A program made the translations under genes and the position numbers. Positions 50,146 through 60,813 of a stretch of DNA of 64,000 nucleotides are shown here, in pieces (the first letter of the stretch is position 1; every line of letters begins with the position of its first letter). The notes under the pieces are model-generated. The model did not search any database. It saw nothing but the letters and a program-made list of their open reading frames with translations, and was not told the DNA's origin. The DNA is from Acidobacteriota bacterium (GTDB taxonomy: Bacteria > Acidobacteriota > UBA6911 > RPQK01 > JADFOI01). The stretch covers positions 3,040,001 through 3,104,000 of the forward strand of contig OY760074.1 of the NCBI GenBank assembly GCA_963663035.1, written 5' to 3'.

Positions 50146-51735
50146 ATGCCGGATCAGGAAATCATTCGGGCACTCCGCACCACTTCTGGAGACAGCCAGG
50201 GCCTTCCCTCTGATCTTCTTCAGAAAGCTTCCCGCCGCTTAGGCGTTGCGGCACTACTTTATGCGGGGTGCTACTTTTTTGCCTACACGATTTCCTTCAC
50301 GGCAGGGGTGATGGCAGGAGATCCCTTGCACTCCGAAATTCCTCTAGTCTTCGGACTCCCCATCACTCACTTTGTGGCGGCCACTTCGATCTCGATCTCC
50401 CTGGGCATGTTTTTCATTGCCTGGAGGGAGAAGATCAGTCCCCAGTTGCTCTGTGATCTGGGGCTCTTTTACGAGGTCATCGGAGCTATCGGCATTGACT
50501 TTAGCCTGACCTTTACGCCCATCCCGCCCGAATTTTTGCCTAGCGGTATTTCCTGGGTCTGTGTTTGGCTGATCCTGTTTGTTCTGATCGTGCCCGCTTC
50601 ACCGGGTAAGGCACTGATGGCCACACTCGTCACCGCATCTGTCTCGCCTTTCCTGTTGTTAGTGGGTATGGCACGGGGATCAGCCGATCCCTCTACAGCA
50701 GCCCTCATCCAACTTTTCCTGCCCAACTATCTGTGCGCCGGGATGGCTTTCGTTGGTTCTCGCATTGTCTACGAAATGGGAACGGGGGTCAGCGAAGTAC
50801 GGAGGATGGGAAGTTATCAATTGGTGGAGTTGTTGGGACGGGGCGGGATGGGAGAAGTGTGGCAAGCCAGACACCGCATGCTGGTGCGGCCAGCCGCCAT
50901 CAAACTCATCCGACCGGAAACGCTGGGTGGGGATGGCAGCCACAAGGCCAAGACGATTTTTCGTCGCTTCGAGCGGGAAGCCCAAGCCACGGCTGCTCTT
51001 CGCTCCACCCACACCATTACTCTCTACGATTTTGGGATCACCGACGATGGAGTCTTTTACTATGTCATGGAGCTGTTGAAGGGCCTCGACCTGGAGACCC
51101 TGGTAGAACGTTTTGGCCCCATCCCACCTAACCGAACCATCTTCCTGCTGCAGCAGGTCTGCCATTCTCTCGGTGACGCTCACCAGCAGGGCTTCCTCCA
51201 CCGCGACATCAAACCGGCCAACATATACGTCTCCCGTCTGGGTCCTGACTTCGATTTCGTCAAGGTCCTGGACTTCGGCCTGGTAAAATCCCACCAGGAG
51301 TATGAGGCCGGGGCCACCCAGCTGACCGGGCAGGGAGTCACGACGGGCACGCCGGGCTATATGGCTCCCGAGGTGGCCCTGGGGCAGGAGAAGATTGATG
51401 CCCGGGTGGACCTGTACGCCTTGGGCTGCGTCGGATATTGGCTCTTGACTGGCCAGCTGGTATTCCAGGCCAAGAGCCCCATGGAAATGGTCGTTCATCA
51501 CGTTCAAACACCTGCTGGACCCCCTTCACAGCACTCAGAGTTTCTCATCCCGCCCAGCCTGGACGAGATCATCCTATCCTGCCTGGAAAAGGACCGTGAG
51601 AAGCGGCCACCCAACGCCGAGACGTTGTCCTCTCAACTGGGCTCCTGCCAGAGCGAGGAGTTCTGGAGCCAGGATCTGGCGGAAAAGTGGTGGCGAACGC
51701 ACCGGCCCGACTTGGTTAACCCGGATTACTCCTAG
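50146..51735 (+). CDS. Membrane-anchored Hanks-type Ser/Thr protein kinase
   Basis: N-terminal TM helices, LGRGGMGEV, AIK, HRDIKPAN, DFG, GTPGYMAPE. Confidence 0.93.
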   Translation: MPDQEIIRALRTTSGDSQGLPSDLLQKASRRLGVAALLYAGCYFFAYTISFTAGVMAGDPLHSEIPLVFGLPITHFVAATSISISLGMFFIAWREKISPQLLCDLGLFYEVIGAIGIDFSLTFTPIPPEFLPSGISWVCVWLILFVLIVPASPGKALMATLVTASVSPFLLLVGMARGSADPSTAALIQLFLPNYLCAGMAFVGSRIVYEMGTGVSEVRRMGSYQLVELLGRGGMGEVWQARHRMLVRPAAIKLIRPETLGGDGSHKAKTIFRRFEREAQATAALRSTHTITLYDFGITDDGVFYYVMELLKGLDLETLVERFGPIPPNRTIFLLQQVCHSLGDAHQQGFLHRDIKPANIYVSRLGPDFDFVKVLDFGLVKSHQEYEAGATQLTGQGVTTGTPGYMAPEVALGQEKIDARVDLYALGCVGYWLLTGQLVFQAKSPMEMVVHHVQTPAGPPSQHSEFLIPPSLDEIILSCLEKDREKRPPNAETLSSQLGSCQSEEFWSQDLAEKWWRTHRPDLVNPDYS

Positions 51736-51754
51736 ATTGGGGTAGTGAAGCGGC

Positions 51755-54556
51755 CTAAAAAGAGTACTTCAAGGCGATTTCTATTTCTCTGGCTCGTTTG
51801 GCTCCAAAGATCTGGCCGAAGTTGGAGGTTCCGAACTTCGAATCGGGCGCCTCGAAATTGGTGTGATTGAAAGCATTGAAAAGTTGCACGCGGAATTCCA
51901 CCAAACCTCCGTCGTCTGACAGCTTGGTCCGCTTCATAACACTGATGTCCCAGGTCATTTCACCAGGATCCACTAAGATGTTTCTTCCGGAGTTTCCAAA
52001 AGGAAAAAGCGTCAAGTTCGGGTCTGGGTCTGCAAAATCTTCGGTGGCAAACCATTGATCGATGGAGCGCTGTGAGGGGTCCAGAGTTCCCGGGCCGATC
52101 CGGTCGGGCCGATCAGCCGATACACCGTCATTATTGGGGTCCCCGCGAAGAGTCGGGTTAAAGGGACGGCCATCCTCAAATTTGGTGATACCGGAGAGAC
52201 GCCAGCCTTCCAGCAGCCACCCAAGCTTCCCGGCCCAGGCAGTCGGCAGTGAGTTGTCCCGACCAAAAGGTAAATCGATGATGTAGTTCAGGAAGAAGCT
52301 CTTGGACATATTGAAACCGGCAACCGCTCGTTCCGCAGCAAGGTTGCGGGGGTTGGAAGGTTGGCCGTGGTAGCCGTCGCTGAAGGTCCGGTTCCAGGTA
52401 AAACCTGACTGCAGGGAATACCCCTCGGAAAATCGCTTCTTGACCTCAAGCTCCAATTCATGCCCAGCAGAAGACCCGCTCCCCGTCAAGATACTCATAG
52501 CTCCAAAGAAAGGGTTGGGTCTTCGATCCTGGATGGAACCTGGTCCGGGCAAAGGTACATTGGCCGAGGTGTTTCTCGAGTTGCGAGTCTCCTTGGTTCC
52601 CCGATAGGAGAATTCCAGGTTCCAATTCCTGAGAATCTCATTCTGAACAGACAAGGTCCATTCCTGAATGTAGGAGTTTCGGATGTATGGGTCTATGCTC
52701 CGGACGTTTCGCTCTGTAGGCGTCAGGGTCTCAAAGGGATTGGAAAGATCTATTTCTGGGCTAGCGAGTGAAGTATCCGCTACGCTTTCTTCAACAAAGT
52801 AAAAGGGGAAGTTGCGTCCTATAAAGTTTGAAACCTGTCGCTCATAGATCGGGTCGTAATTGATCTGGTAGGAACTCCTGATGACCAGCCGATTGTTGCC
52901 CAGTGGACTGTAAGCCAGGCCGAGGCTAGGTGCCCAATCATTGCGATCGGGGTAGGCTGATTCACCACTGTCCAGCCCTGCCAACCCCAACATGGCAGCT
53001 CGTTCACTGCCGATCACAACCATTTCCCCGTCAAGAGGCGGTTCAAACACCAAGGGGTAAAAGGTGGCAACATTGTCATGAACGGACCGCCAGGGCGGGA
53101 AGTAATTGTAGGTCAGAGACCACGACAAGTTGAACCTGGGGTTAAGCTTCCAATCATCCCGAAAAAAGATTTCCCACTCCTGCCCTCTCAGGTCAGCCCG
53201 GTCAGAACCCACACCTCGCTCCGCTGAAGTTGGAATGCCCAGGAGAAAATCAGCAAAAGCATCACCGGTGTAGTTTCCATCGAAATCAAAACTCCCCCGC
53301 CGCAGTCCACCCGAGCGATTGTCGTTCAGCTGCTTGAAGGCGATCTCTGCGCCGAAGCCGAGCCTGTGTTGCCGGTGTGCGTAAGTAAAAGTTCCGTTGA
53401 ACTCGTATTCGTTCCTGAGAAATTTCCGCGGTAAGTTGGTGCGATCTCCCAAAGTCACGTAGCCCGCCAGGCTAAACTCTGGGTATCCTTCATCCAACTC
53501 GTCAAGAGTACTGACACCTGAAATTCCGAGAGATTCCAGAAGACCGGCCTGACCGGCATTTTGAGACAGGTCCCTATCCAAAGAACGGTTGAACTCGAGA
53601 CGCAGGGAACTCACCAGGCTCTCGCTGAAGGTATGTGTGTAGTCCACCGATACGTTCTGGTTTCGTCTCGCCCCGCTTGAACCAAAGGCCGGAAGAGAGG
53701 CGACCCTGACCGAATCGCCCTCGCTGTAACGGTAGTTGGCGAAAAGTTTGGAGTCCTGACTGAATTCGTAGTCCACTCGAAAGGAAAATTTGTCATTATT
53801 CTCAATCTCGGGCTGGTTGTTGACAAAATTCCTGTTCGAGTCTGCCCGGTTGGGAGAAAGCAGTGTGGGCAGCAGTGTCTGGGCAACCGGGTTTATTCGA
53901 GACTGGGGAATCTGATTGTTCTGGAAAGGCTGGCCCGTCAAAGGATCCACCAGTTGAATCGGGTCTTCTTGAGTCAAAAGGCTACTGAAATCTCCTGCCT
54001 TCATCTCAGGGGTGGGCACATGGGAGAGCTTGGTGGATCCTCGAATGAGGCGCAAGCTGTCGAAATCTCCGGAAACAGTCAGCCGATTGCTCACAAACGC
54101 TCCCAAACTCACCCCGAACTGATTTCGCTTGAACTCGGGCAGCGCTTCACCTACTGGATCAAAAAAATTCCGGGCATCAAAATTATCGTTGCGGTGGAAC
54201 TCGTAAAGTGATCCATAGTACCGCCCCCGCGTTTTCACCCTGAACGGATTCACAATCCCGGAGAGAGACTGGGATTCAGCTCTGGCAGGAGCAAACTCTA
54301 CTACAGCAATTCCGATCTCGTATGCTCCGATGCCGATGAGAGATCCGCCTTCAGGATCTGAAGGCTGAATCTGAGGGTTCTCCGGCTGGTCCTGGGTGGG
54401 AGGCAAGGCCGTGTCGGGCCCTTCCTGTTCCGCATTTTCCGCTGCGGCCTGTTCCACCTGTGCCGCTCCCTGAAGCAGAGCAGGGGCCAGGAAGACAATC
54501 AGGACAACTCCAAGGAAGGCTCTCATAGTCCTGCTACTATAAGACAAGCTCACCAT
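51755..54556 (-). CDS. Oar-like TonB-dependent receptor barrel with a very short N-terminus
   Basis: YEFHRNDNFDARNFF, KRNQFG, DRND.AP.LG.AY, FN.FNH.NF, C-terminal ALKYSF; start probably ATG 54526. Confidence 0.8.
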   Translation of the reverse strand: MVSLSYSSRTMRAFLGVVLIVFLAPALLQGAAQVEQAAAENAEQEGPDTALPPTQDQPENPQIQPSDPEGGSLIGIGAYEIGIAVVEFAPARAESQSLSGIVNPFRVKTRGRYYGSLYEFHRNDNFDARNFFDPVGEALPEFKRNQFGVSLGAFVSNRLTVSGDFDSLRLIRGSTKLSHVPTPEMKAGDFSSLLTQEDPIQLVDPLTGQPFQNNQIPQSRINPVAQTLLPTLLSPNRADSNRNFVNNQPEIENNDKFSFRVDYEFSQDSKLFANYRYSEGDSVRVASLPAFGSSGARRNQNVSVDYTHTFSESLVSSLRLEFNRSLDRDLSQNAGQAGLLESLGISGVSTLDELDEGYPEFSLAGYVTLGDRTNLPRKFLRNEYEFNGTFTYAHRQHRLGFGAEIAFKQLNDNRSGGLRRGSFDFDGNYTGDAFADFLLGIPTSAERGVGSDRADLRGQEWEIFFRDDWKLNPRFNLSWSLTYNYFPPWRSVHDNVATFYPLVFEPPLDGEMVVIGSERAAMLGLAGLDSGESAYPDRNDWAPSLGLAYSPLGNNRLVIRSSYQINYDPIYERQVSNFIGRNFPFYFVEESVADTSLASPEIDLSNPFETLTPTERNVRSIDPYIRNSYIQEWTLSVQNEILRNWNLEFSYRGTKETRNSRNTSANVPLPGPGSIQDRRPNPFFGAMSILTGSGSSAGHELELEVKKRFSEGYSLQSGFTWNRTFSDGYHGQPSNPRNLAAERAVAGFNMSKSFFLNYIIDLPFGRDNSLPTAWAGKLGWLLEGWRLSGITKFEDGRPFNPTLRGDPNNDGVSADRPDRIGPGTLDPSQRSIDQWFATEDFADPDPNLTLFPFGNSGRNILVDPGEMTWDISVMKRTKLSDDGGLVEFRVQLFNAFNHTNFEAPDSKFGTSNFGQIFGAKRAREIEIALKYSF

Positions 54557-55268
54557 CCAGTACCATCCCCTTGACCAGAAACGTGGCCCTTAATTGCGGA
54601 CTTGCACCAGGGACCTCCAAGAGCTCAAAGGTGACGCCTTCGCTCTCTGGAGAGACCACCGGGATCCCGTCGACTTCTCTAGGGAATACAAATTTGGCTC
54701 CCACACCCTCTTCGCGAGGTGGAAAATAAGCAGACAACGCCACCTGGGAAAACTGCTCCGTAGACAGAAACGCTCTGTTTCTCAGGGTCTGGGTCGTTTC
54801 ACTTTGGAAAAACTGTCTAACCTCGCTTTCCTCAGCGGGATCGTTAGAACGAAAGCTGACCGCTACTACAATCCAATTTTCCACATCCAATTCTAGTCCG
54901 GGTCGGGTCAACTCATCGAACTGTTGCTTTTCTTCGTCTGTCAATTGGTCATACCCGAACTGGATCTGCTGAACGCGAGTGTAGGCTTCGCGGATGGGGC
55001 GAGCTGAGAGAAAGCGGACAAAAAAGGTGTTGTAGATCTCCTTTTCGCCCGATACCCCACTTCCCACGCCACTCACCACGCGAGTGAACGTTTCGTTGCG
55101 GGCCCAGGCGGACGAGTTCAAAATTTCAATGGCGTCCGATAGGGACCATTCCGCAAAAGATTCCAGCCGAACAGGGCCTCCCCATGCAGCTGCCATGCCC
55201 AACGTTAAAGTGAGAAAGAGAACTAATAAACGCAAACGCTTCCCTCCGATCATCAAATGCTCAGCCAT
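54537..55268 (-). CDS. Hypothetical exported protein
   Basis: Signal peptide (RLRLLVLFLTLTLGMAAAWG) and a W...DA..IL..S.WA motif; start 55268 or 55253. Confidence 0.65.
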   Translation of the reverse strand: MAEHLMIGGKRLRLLVLFLTLTLGMAAAWGGPVRLESFAEWSLSDAIEILNSSAWARNETFTRVVSGVGSGVSGEKEIYNTFFVRFLSARPIREAYTRVQQIQFGYDQLTDEEKQQFDELTRPGLELDVENWIVVAVSFRSNDPAEESEVRQFFQSETTQTLRNRAFLSTEQFSQVALSAYFPPREEGVGAKFVFPREVDGIPVVSPESEGVTFELLEVPGASPQLRATFLVKGMVLDGELVL

Positions 55269-55460
55269 TAAGACCAACCGGTGCGGCTGAGCCTCTTCTT
55301 GGCGTATGGTAAGGGCTCTCGGTGTTGGTCTTGGCGGTTCTCCTCCAAGACACAATTCTGGAAATCTTCCCCAATCTGGGAGTCCTTCCAATCTCATTAT
55401 ACGTCACAGGTCTGTTTTCACGAAGCTACCTAGGGTGAATACTGTGGCGGGGACTCCCTT

Positions 55461-57287
55461 TCACTCGACTGTCACTGCTTTGGCCAGGTTTCGCGGTTGG
55501 TCAATTTCGCAGCTATTCTCTCTGGCAATATAGTAGGCCAAAAGTTGCAAAGGCACCACCATGAGAAGAGGCAGGAGGATTTCATCGGTGGCAGGAACCT
55601 CAATAAAGTCGTCGCAAATCTCCTGGAGATCCGTATCTCCTTCCGTTCCCACGGCAATGACCCGCCCGTTTCTGGCCTTAACCTCCTGAATGTTGCTGAC
55701 CATCTTCTCGTATGTACTGTCGCGTGGAGCCAGACAGACCGAGGGGAAATTCTCGTCGATGAGAGCGATGGGCCCGTGTTTCATTTCACCCGCAGCGTAG
55801 CCTTCTGCATGGATATAGGAGATCTCTTTCAGCTTCAGTGCTCCTTCCAGCGCTATGGGATAATTGAATTTGCGGCCCAGATAGAGGAAGCCTTTGTACC
55901 CGTGATAACGCCGCGCGATGTCCTCGATTTGAGAAGTACTCTCAAGAATCCTCCGGATCTTGTCGGGAATCCGCTTGAGATCGGCAATAAAAGCCTGCCC
56001 TTCACTGTTGGACATGCGCTGATGACGAGCCAGGGCCAGGGTAATTAAATAGAGTATGGTCAGCTGTGAAAGAAAGGCTTTTGTGGAGGCCACGCCGATT
56101 TCCGGACCAGCGTGATTGTAAACACCCGCATCCGTTTCCCGGGCTATGCTGCTTCCAACCACATTGACCATTCCCAGAACCAAGGCCCCCTTCCGCTTGG
56201 CCTCCTGAACTGCAGCAAGAGTGTCGGCTGTTTCACCCGACTGGCTGATGGCCAGGACCGCTGTTCCTTCCCTCATGTTCAACTTCCGGTAGCGAAACTC
56301 GGAAGCTAGATCCACTTCCACAGGAATGTCCGTGCAGGTCTCGATGATATAGCGTCCCAGCAATGCAGCGTAGTAAGAGGTCCCCATGGATACAATCATC
56401 AAGCGCTCCATTCCCAGGAATTCATCCCGCACCCGATCCAGGCCTCCCAGCTTAGAAATTCCCTCTTGCTCGATGAGTCGACCGCGCATGGCATTTTCCA
56501 CCGCTTCCGGCTGCTCAAAAATCTCCTTGAGCATGAAGTGAGGAAAGCCCTGCTTTTCGGCAGCTGCAACATCCCACTCCACCTGTTGAGTCTGGCGCAG
56601 GATGCTGTCGTAATTGAGGTTGCTGATGTTGTAGCCACTAGCCTTGAGGACAGCCACGTCATTGTCCTGCAAATAGATCACTTCCTTGGTGTGGCTCACC
56701 AGCGCACTCACATCAGAAGCAGCAAAGACTTCATCTTCTCCAATACCCAGGATGAGAGGACTTCCCTTGCGAGCCACCGCAATTTCCTCCGGATGATCCG
56801 CGCAGATGACACCAATCCCATAAGCTCCTTCAACCAGCCGAAGTGCCGCCTTCACCGCTTCTTCCAGATCGCCTTGATGATGCTCCTCGATTAAGTGTGC
56901 CAGAACTTCTGTGTCCGTATCCGAGGAAAACCGGTGCCCCCGCGACAGCAGTTGCTTCTTCAGGCTTTGGTAGTTTTCTATGATGCCGTTGTGGATGACA
57001 AAGATTTTCTCTCGGCAATCCTTCTGCGGATGAGCATTTTCCACTGAGGCCCGCCCATGGGTGGCCCACCGGGTGTGGGCGATGCCGCCAGAGCCTTGCC
57101 AGGTCACACCAGTCAGATTGGCTTCCAGAGCCTGGATTTTGCCGACCGCCTTTTGGCAGAGGACTTCCCCGCCCTCCATAATCGCCACGCCGCTGGAATC
57201 ATATCCGCGGTACTCCAGCTTCCTGAGTCCCTCCAGCAAAATAGGAAGGGCCGGTCGCTTGCCAAGATAACAGAGAATTCCACACAT
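55461..57287 (-). CDS. glmS: Glutamine--fructose-6-phosphate aminotransferase
   Basis: MCGI, LEYRGYDS, HTRWATHG, SQSGETAD, PRNLAKAVTVE. Confidence 0.98.
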   Translation of the reverse strand: MCGILCYLGKRPALPILLEGLRKLEYRGYDSSGVAIMEGGEVLCQKAVGKIQALEANLTGVTWQGSGGIAHTRWATHGRASVENAHPQKDCREKIFVIHNGIIENYQSLKKQLLSRGHRFSSDTDTEVLAHLIEEHHQGDLEEAVKAALRLVEGAYGIGVICADHPEEIAVARKGSPLILGIGEDEVFAASDVSALVSHTKEVIYLQDNDVAVLKASGYNISNLNYDSILRQTQQVEWDVAAAEKQGFPHFMLKEIFEQPEAVENAMRGRLIEQEGISKLGGLDRVRDEFLGMERLMIVSMGTSYYAALLGRYIIETCTDIPVEVDLASEFRYRKLNMREGTAVLAISQSGETADTLAAVQEAKRKGALVLGMVNVVGSSIARETDAGVYNHAGPEIGVASTKAFLSQLTILYLITLALARHQRMSNSEGQAFIADLKRIPDKIRRILESTSQIEDIARRYHGYKGFLYLGRKFNYPIALEGALKLKEISYIHAEGYAAGEMKHGPIALIDENFPSVCLAPRDSTYEKMVSNIQEVKARNGRVIAVGTEGDTDLQEICDDFIEVPATDEILLPLLMVVPLQLLAYYIARENSCEIDQPRNLAKAVTVE

Positions 57288-57290
57288 AGG

Positions 57291-57315
57291 CCTAGCTTCT
57301 AGCTTTTAGCTTAGC
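57291..57315. repeat. Short heptamer array before the glmS start
   Basis: CTAGCTT CTAGCTT TTAGCTT AGC. Confidence 0.5.
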
Positions 57316-57366
57316 AGAAGAGGAGTCTGGGTGTTTTAGAATGGAGGTTCGAGAAGAATTTCTTCT

Positions 57367-57726
57367 TTACAGCATTCCCAGCTGTAATTTGGCAGCCTCT
57401 GACATCATCTCCATGCTCCAGGGAGGATCCCACACCACCTCAACGGATGCCTCGGTGACCCCGGAAACCTTGCCGATTTTGGACTCCACTTCCGGAGGCA
57501 GTGATTCAGCAACCGGGCACATGGGAGAGGTCAGGGTCATCTTCAGTTCAACCGCTCCCGAGGGTTTCACATCGATGTCATACACCAACCCCAACTCATA
57601 GATATCCACCGGAATTTCCGGGTCATAAACCGTCCGCAGGACAGCGACGATATTTTCTTTGATCTCGTCGCTGCCGGCCGATTGGCTTGCATCTGCTGGC
57701 TGCTGCTGGTTAGATTGCTCTTCCAT
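57367..57726 (-). CDS. sufT: DUF59 Fe-S assembly protein
   Basis: VYDPEIPVDIYELGLVY, MTLTSPMCP, WDPPW; ATG 57726. Confidence 0.88.
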   Translation of the reverse strand: MEEQSNQQQPADASQSAGSDEIKENIVAVLRTVYDPEIPVDIYELGLVYDIDVKPSGAVELKMTLTSPMCPVAESLPPEVESKIGKVSGVTEASVEVVWDPPWSMEMMSEAAKLQLGML

Positions 57727-57740
57727 AAGGTTCTCCCCTC

Positions 57741-58184
57741 TCATTCTGTAGAAACGGACTGTTCTTTCTCCTGCAACGCCGCCTTCAGCGTATGCCAGAC
57801 CAGAGTGGCACACTTGACCCGAACCGGAAATTCACTGACGCCGTGAAATACCGCCAGCTTTCCCAACTGCTCAGGTTCACCCCCTTTGCCCGTCACCAGA
57901 GAATGAAATCTCCCAAAGAGAGCTTCAACCTCCATCACACTCTTCCCTTTCAGCGCCTCGGTCATCAGCGAAGCAGAGGCCGTCGAGATGGCGCAGCCCA
58001 CACCCTCAAAGCTGATGTCCTGGACAATTTCATCCTCCAGCTTCAGAAAGACGGTGACCTTGTCGCCACACAGAGGATTATAACCCTCTGCCTTCCGATT
58101 TGCCTCCGGTAGAGTACTGCAATTTCGAGGGTTCTTGCTGTGATCAAGGATAACTTCCTGGTAAAGGTCGTTCAGGTAGGACAC
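57741..58184 (-). CDS. sufU: SUF system NifU-family protein
   Basis: YQEVILDH, NPLCGD, GCAISTASAS, RVKCATL.WH. Confidence 0.93.
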   Translation of the reverse strand: MSYLNDLYQEVILDHSKNPRNCSTLPEANRKAEGYNPLCGDKVTVFLKLEDEIVQDISFEGVGCAISTASASLMTEALKGKSVMEVEALFGRFHSLVTGKGGEPEQLGKLAVFHGVSEFPVRVKCATLVWHTLKAALQEKEQSVSTE

Positions 58185-58195
58185 TATGCGCTCAC

Positions 58196-59467
58196 TTAGT
58201 TGAAGACCTCGATCACCCCTTGGATTCCCTTAACCAAGGCATCGATTTCTTCCCTCGTATTGTAAAAGGCCAGTGAGACTCGCGCTGTTGCGGGTACCTG
58301 GAAACGGTCCATGGCGGGTTGCGCGCAGTGGTGCCCGGTGCGAACCGCGATGCCCTGCTGATCCAGAATCGTGCCCACGTCATGGGCATGGATACCTTCA
58401 ATCACAAAGGAAACAATGCTGGCCTTCTCTTGGGCTGTTCCAATGATGCGCAAGCCAGATATTGCAGAGAGTTGCTGGGTAGCATACAGGAGAAGCTCCT
58501 TTTCATAGGCGGCAATGTTTTCCAAGCCGATTTCGCTCACATAATCGAGGGCCGCACCGAGTCCGATGCTACCTGCGATGTTGGGCGTCCCGGCTTCAAA
58601 TTTATGGGGGAGAACATTGTAGGTGGTCTTCTCGAAAGTCACCGAGCTGATCATCTCGCCACCCCCCTGATAAGGAGGCATGGAGTCCAGCAAATTGGCT
58701 TTTCCGTAGAGAATCCCCACTCCGGTCGGCCCATAGAGCTTATGCCCGGAGATGGCATAAAAATCACAATCAAGAGCCTGAACATCCACTTCCACATGAG
58801 CAGCCGATTGAGCACCGTCAACAAGTACGGGAACATCCTGCTGGTGGGCTTGCTCGATGATCTCCTGAATCGGGTTGATGGTCCCGATGGCATTGGCAAC
58901 GTGAACCACTGCCACCAGGCGAGTGCGGGAATTGAGAAGCTTCCCATATTCTTCGAGCAATAGCTCTCCCTCATCATTCATTGGGATGACACGCAGGGTG
59001 GCACCCTTTTCCTGACAGAGGATCTGCCAGGGAACAATGTTGGAATGGTGCTCCATGGCGGAGACAATCACTTCATCTCCAGCTTGCACATGTTCCCGGC
59101 CATAGGTTTGGGCAACCAGATTAATGGCTTCAGTGGCACTGCGGACAAAAATGATTTCTCGTGACTCCGCTGCATTGATGAAACGCTGTACCTTGACCCG
59201 TGCTCGCTCGTAGCCGTCAGTGGCCCTCTGGCTCAAAAGATACACACCGCGATGAATATTGGAGTTATCCCTCGTATAGTAGTGATTGATGGTATCAATA
59301 ACCACCTGTGGCTTCTGGGTTGTCGCCGCACTGTCCAGGTACACAAGGGGCTTACCGTAGATCTTTTCTCTCAAGATCGGGAAGTCTGCCCGGACCTTCT
59401 CCACATCAAGCTTCGAACTCACACCTCGATAGGAATCTGTCTCCCTGATCTGCTGGCCTGCCTTCAT
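58196..59467 (-). CDS. sufS: Cysteine desulfurase, SufS type
   Basis: YLDSAAT.QKP, SGHK, EAGTP, RTGHHCA. Confidence 0.95.
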   Translation of the reverse strand: MKAGQQIRETDSYRGVSSKLDVEKVRADFPILREKIYGKPLVYLDSAATTQKPQVVIDTINHYYTRDNSNIHRGVYLLSQRATDGYERARVKVQRFINAAESREIIFVRSATEAINLVAQTYGREHVQAGDEVIVSAMEHHSNIVPWQILCQEKGATLRVIPMNDEGELLLEEYGKLLNSRTRLVAVVHVANAIGTINPIQEIIEQAHQQDVPVLVDGAQSAAHVEVDVQALDCDFYAISGHKLYGPTGVGILYGKANLLDSMPPYQGGGEMISSVTFEKTTYNVLPHKFEAGTPNIAGSIGLGAALDYVSEIGLENIAAYEKELLLYATQQLSAISGLRIIGTAQEKASIVSFVIEGIHAHDVGTILDQQGIAVRTGHHCAQPAMDRFQVPATARVSLAFYNTREEIDALVKGIQGVIEVFN

Positions 59468-60813
59468 TAAACTGCCTCCTGGACGAGATGGCCTTCCGGG
59501 AGCCAGGAGAAGAGATAGTTCTCAAGCTCGTTGCGCACGGCTGCAACCTTGATCCGACTCACCACCTGGTTGGCAAAGGCATAAATCAAAAGACTGCGGG
59601 CAGTAGTCTGGTCGATCCCGCGAGAGCGCAGGTAAAAAAGCGCATTTTGGTCGAGCTGGCCAATGGTCGCTCCATGGGTGCACTTCACGTCATTTGCGTA
59701 GATCTCCAACTGCGGCTTCGTGTTAATCAGAGCATCGTCCGAAAGCAAGAGGTTGTTGTTGGTTTGTTTGGAGTCTGTTTTCTGAGCACCTGGGAGCACC
59801 ACGATTCGGCCGTGGAATACTCCAGTCGCTTTCTCGTCCAGAATCCCTTTATAGATCTCCCGACTGTCGCAGTGCGGCTTGGCATGCTCGAGTCGAGTAT
59901 GGTTGTCCACGTGTTGCCGGCCGGAAATTAGATAGAGTCCTTCCAGGCTGCACTCCGCACCTTCTCCATCCAGCACAATGTTGACTTCATTCCTGGTGAG
60001 GGCTCCGCCCAGTGTGGCGTTGAAAGTCCTGACGCTGCTGCTGCGATCCTGGTGCACTTGCAAAGTAGCAATGTGGAATGCCTTCTTGCTCTCATGGTGC
60101 AATTTGTAGTGATCAACTACCGCGTTCTCCTCGGCCACGATCTCCGTCACCGAGTTCGTGAAATAGACCGCCTCTGGCAAGCCCACATAACTTTCCACAA
60201 AAGTGACCTGGCTGTTGCACCCCACCAGGATCAAATTCCGTGGATGGAGCACTACCGCTTCTTCAGTTGCCGTCGAGAGGAACAACAAATGAATCGGTTC
60301 CTGGACCACCTCTCCCTTGGGAATATGAACCCAGGCTCCATCCTGGAACGAAGCCGTGTTGAGGGCCACGAATGAATGATCCTCATAGCGAGCGTGCCGG
60401 GTGAGGTGGGGTTTCACCAAATCTGGATTCTGCTGAAGAACTTCGGCAAGACTCTCCACCTGAACCGCCTCCGGCAGCCCTTTCAGTGAAGATAACTCGG
60501 CTGAGTAATGACCGTTGAGGAAGACCAGACGGGGGCATTGCAGATTGCCGAAAATCAGCCCATCCACCCTATCGGCCGACCAACCGTTCAGTTCATAGGC
60601 GGCAGGTTGAAAGGAAGTCCTCCGGATGGGCGCCACTTCGGTATATTTCCACTCTTCCTGGCGAGGTGAAGGAAAGCCGAGTTCAGAGAAACGGAGGATC
60701 GCCGCCTTGCGAATTTGCTCGAGCCAAGTCGGCTGCTTACCGGCTAGTTCCTTTTCCAGCCGCTCAAAGCTGGAAAGGTAAGCTTCGATATTTTTCTTGC
60801 TTCTTCCAGTCAC
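59467..60813 (-). CDS. sufD: Fe-S cluster assembly protein SufD
   Basis: EEWKYT, KPQLEIYANDVKCTHGAT, FYLRSRG. Confidence 0.94.
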   Translation of the reverse strand: MTGRSKKNIEAYLSSFERLEKELAGKQPTWLEQIRKAAILRFSELGFPSPRQEEWKYTEVAPIRRTSFQPAAYELNGWSADRVDGLIFGNLQCPRLVFLNGHYSAELSSLKGLPEAVQVESLAEVLQQNPDLVKPHLTRHARYEDHSFVALNTASFQDGAWVHIPKGEVVQEPIHLLFLSTATEEAVVLHPRNLILVGCNSQVTFVESYVGLPEAVYFTNSVTEIVAEENAVVDHYKLHHESKKAFHIATLQVHQDRSSSVRTFNATLGGALTRNEVNIVLDGEGAECSLEGLYLISGRQHVDNHTRLEHAKPHCDSREIYKGILDEKATGVFHGRIVVLPGAQKTDSKQTNNNLLLSDDALINTKPQLEIYANDVKCTHGATIGQLDQNALFYLRSRGIDQTTARSLLIYAFANQVVSRIKVAAVRNELENYLFSWLPEGHLVQEAV

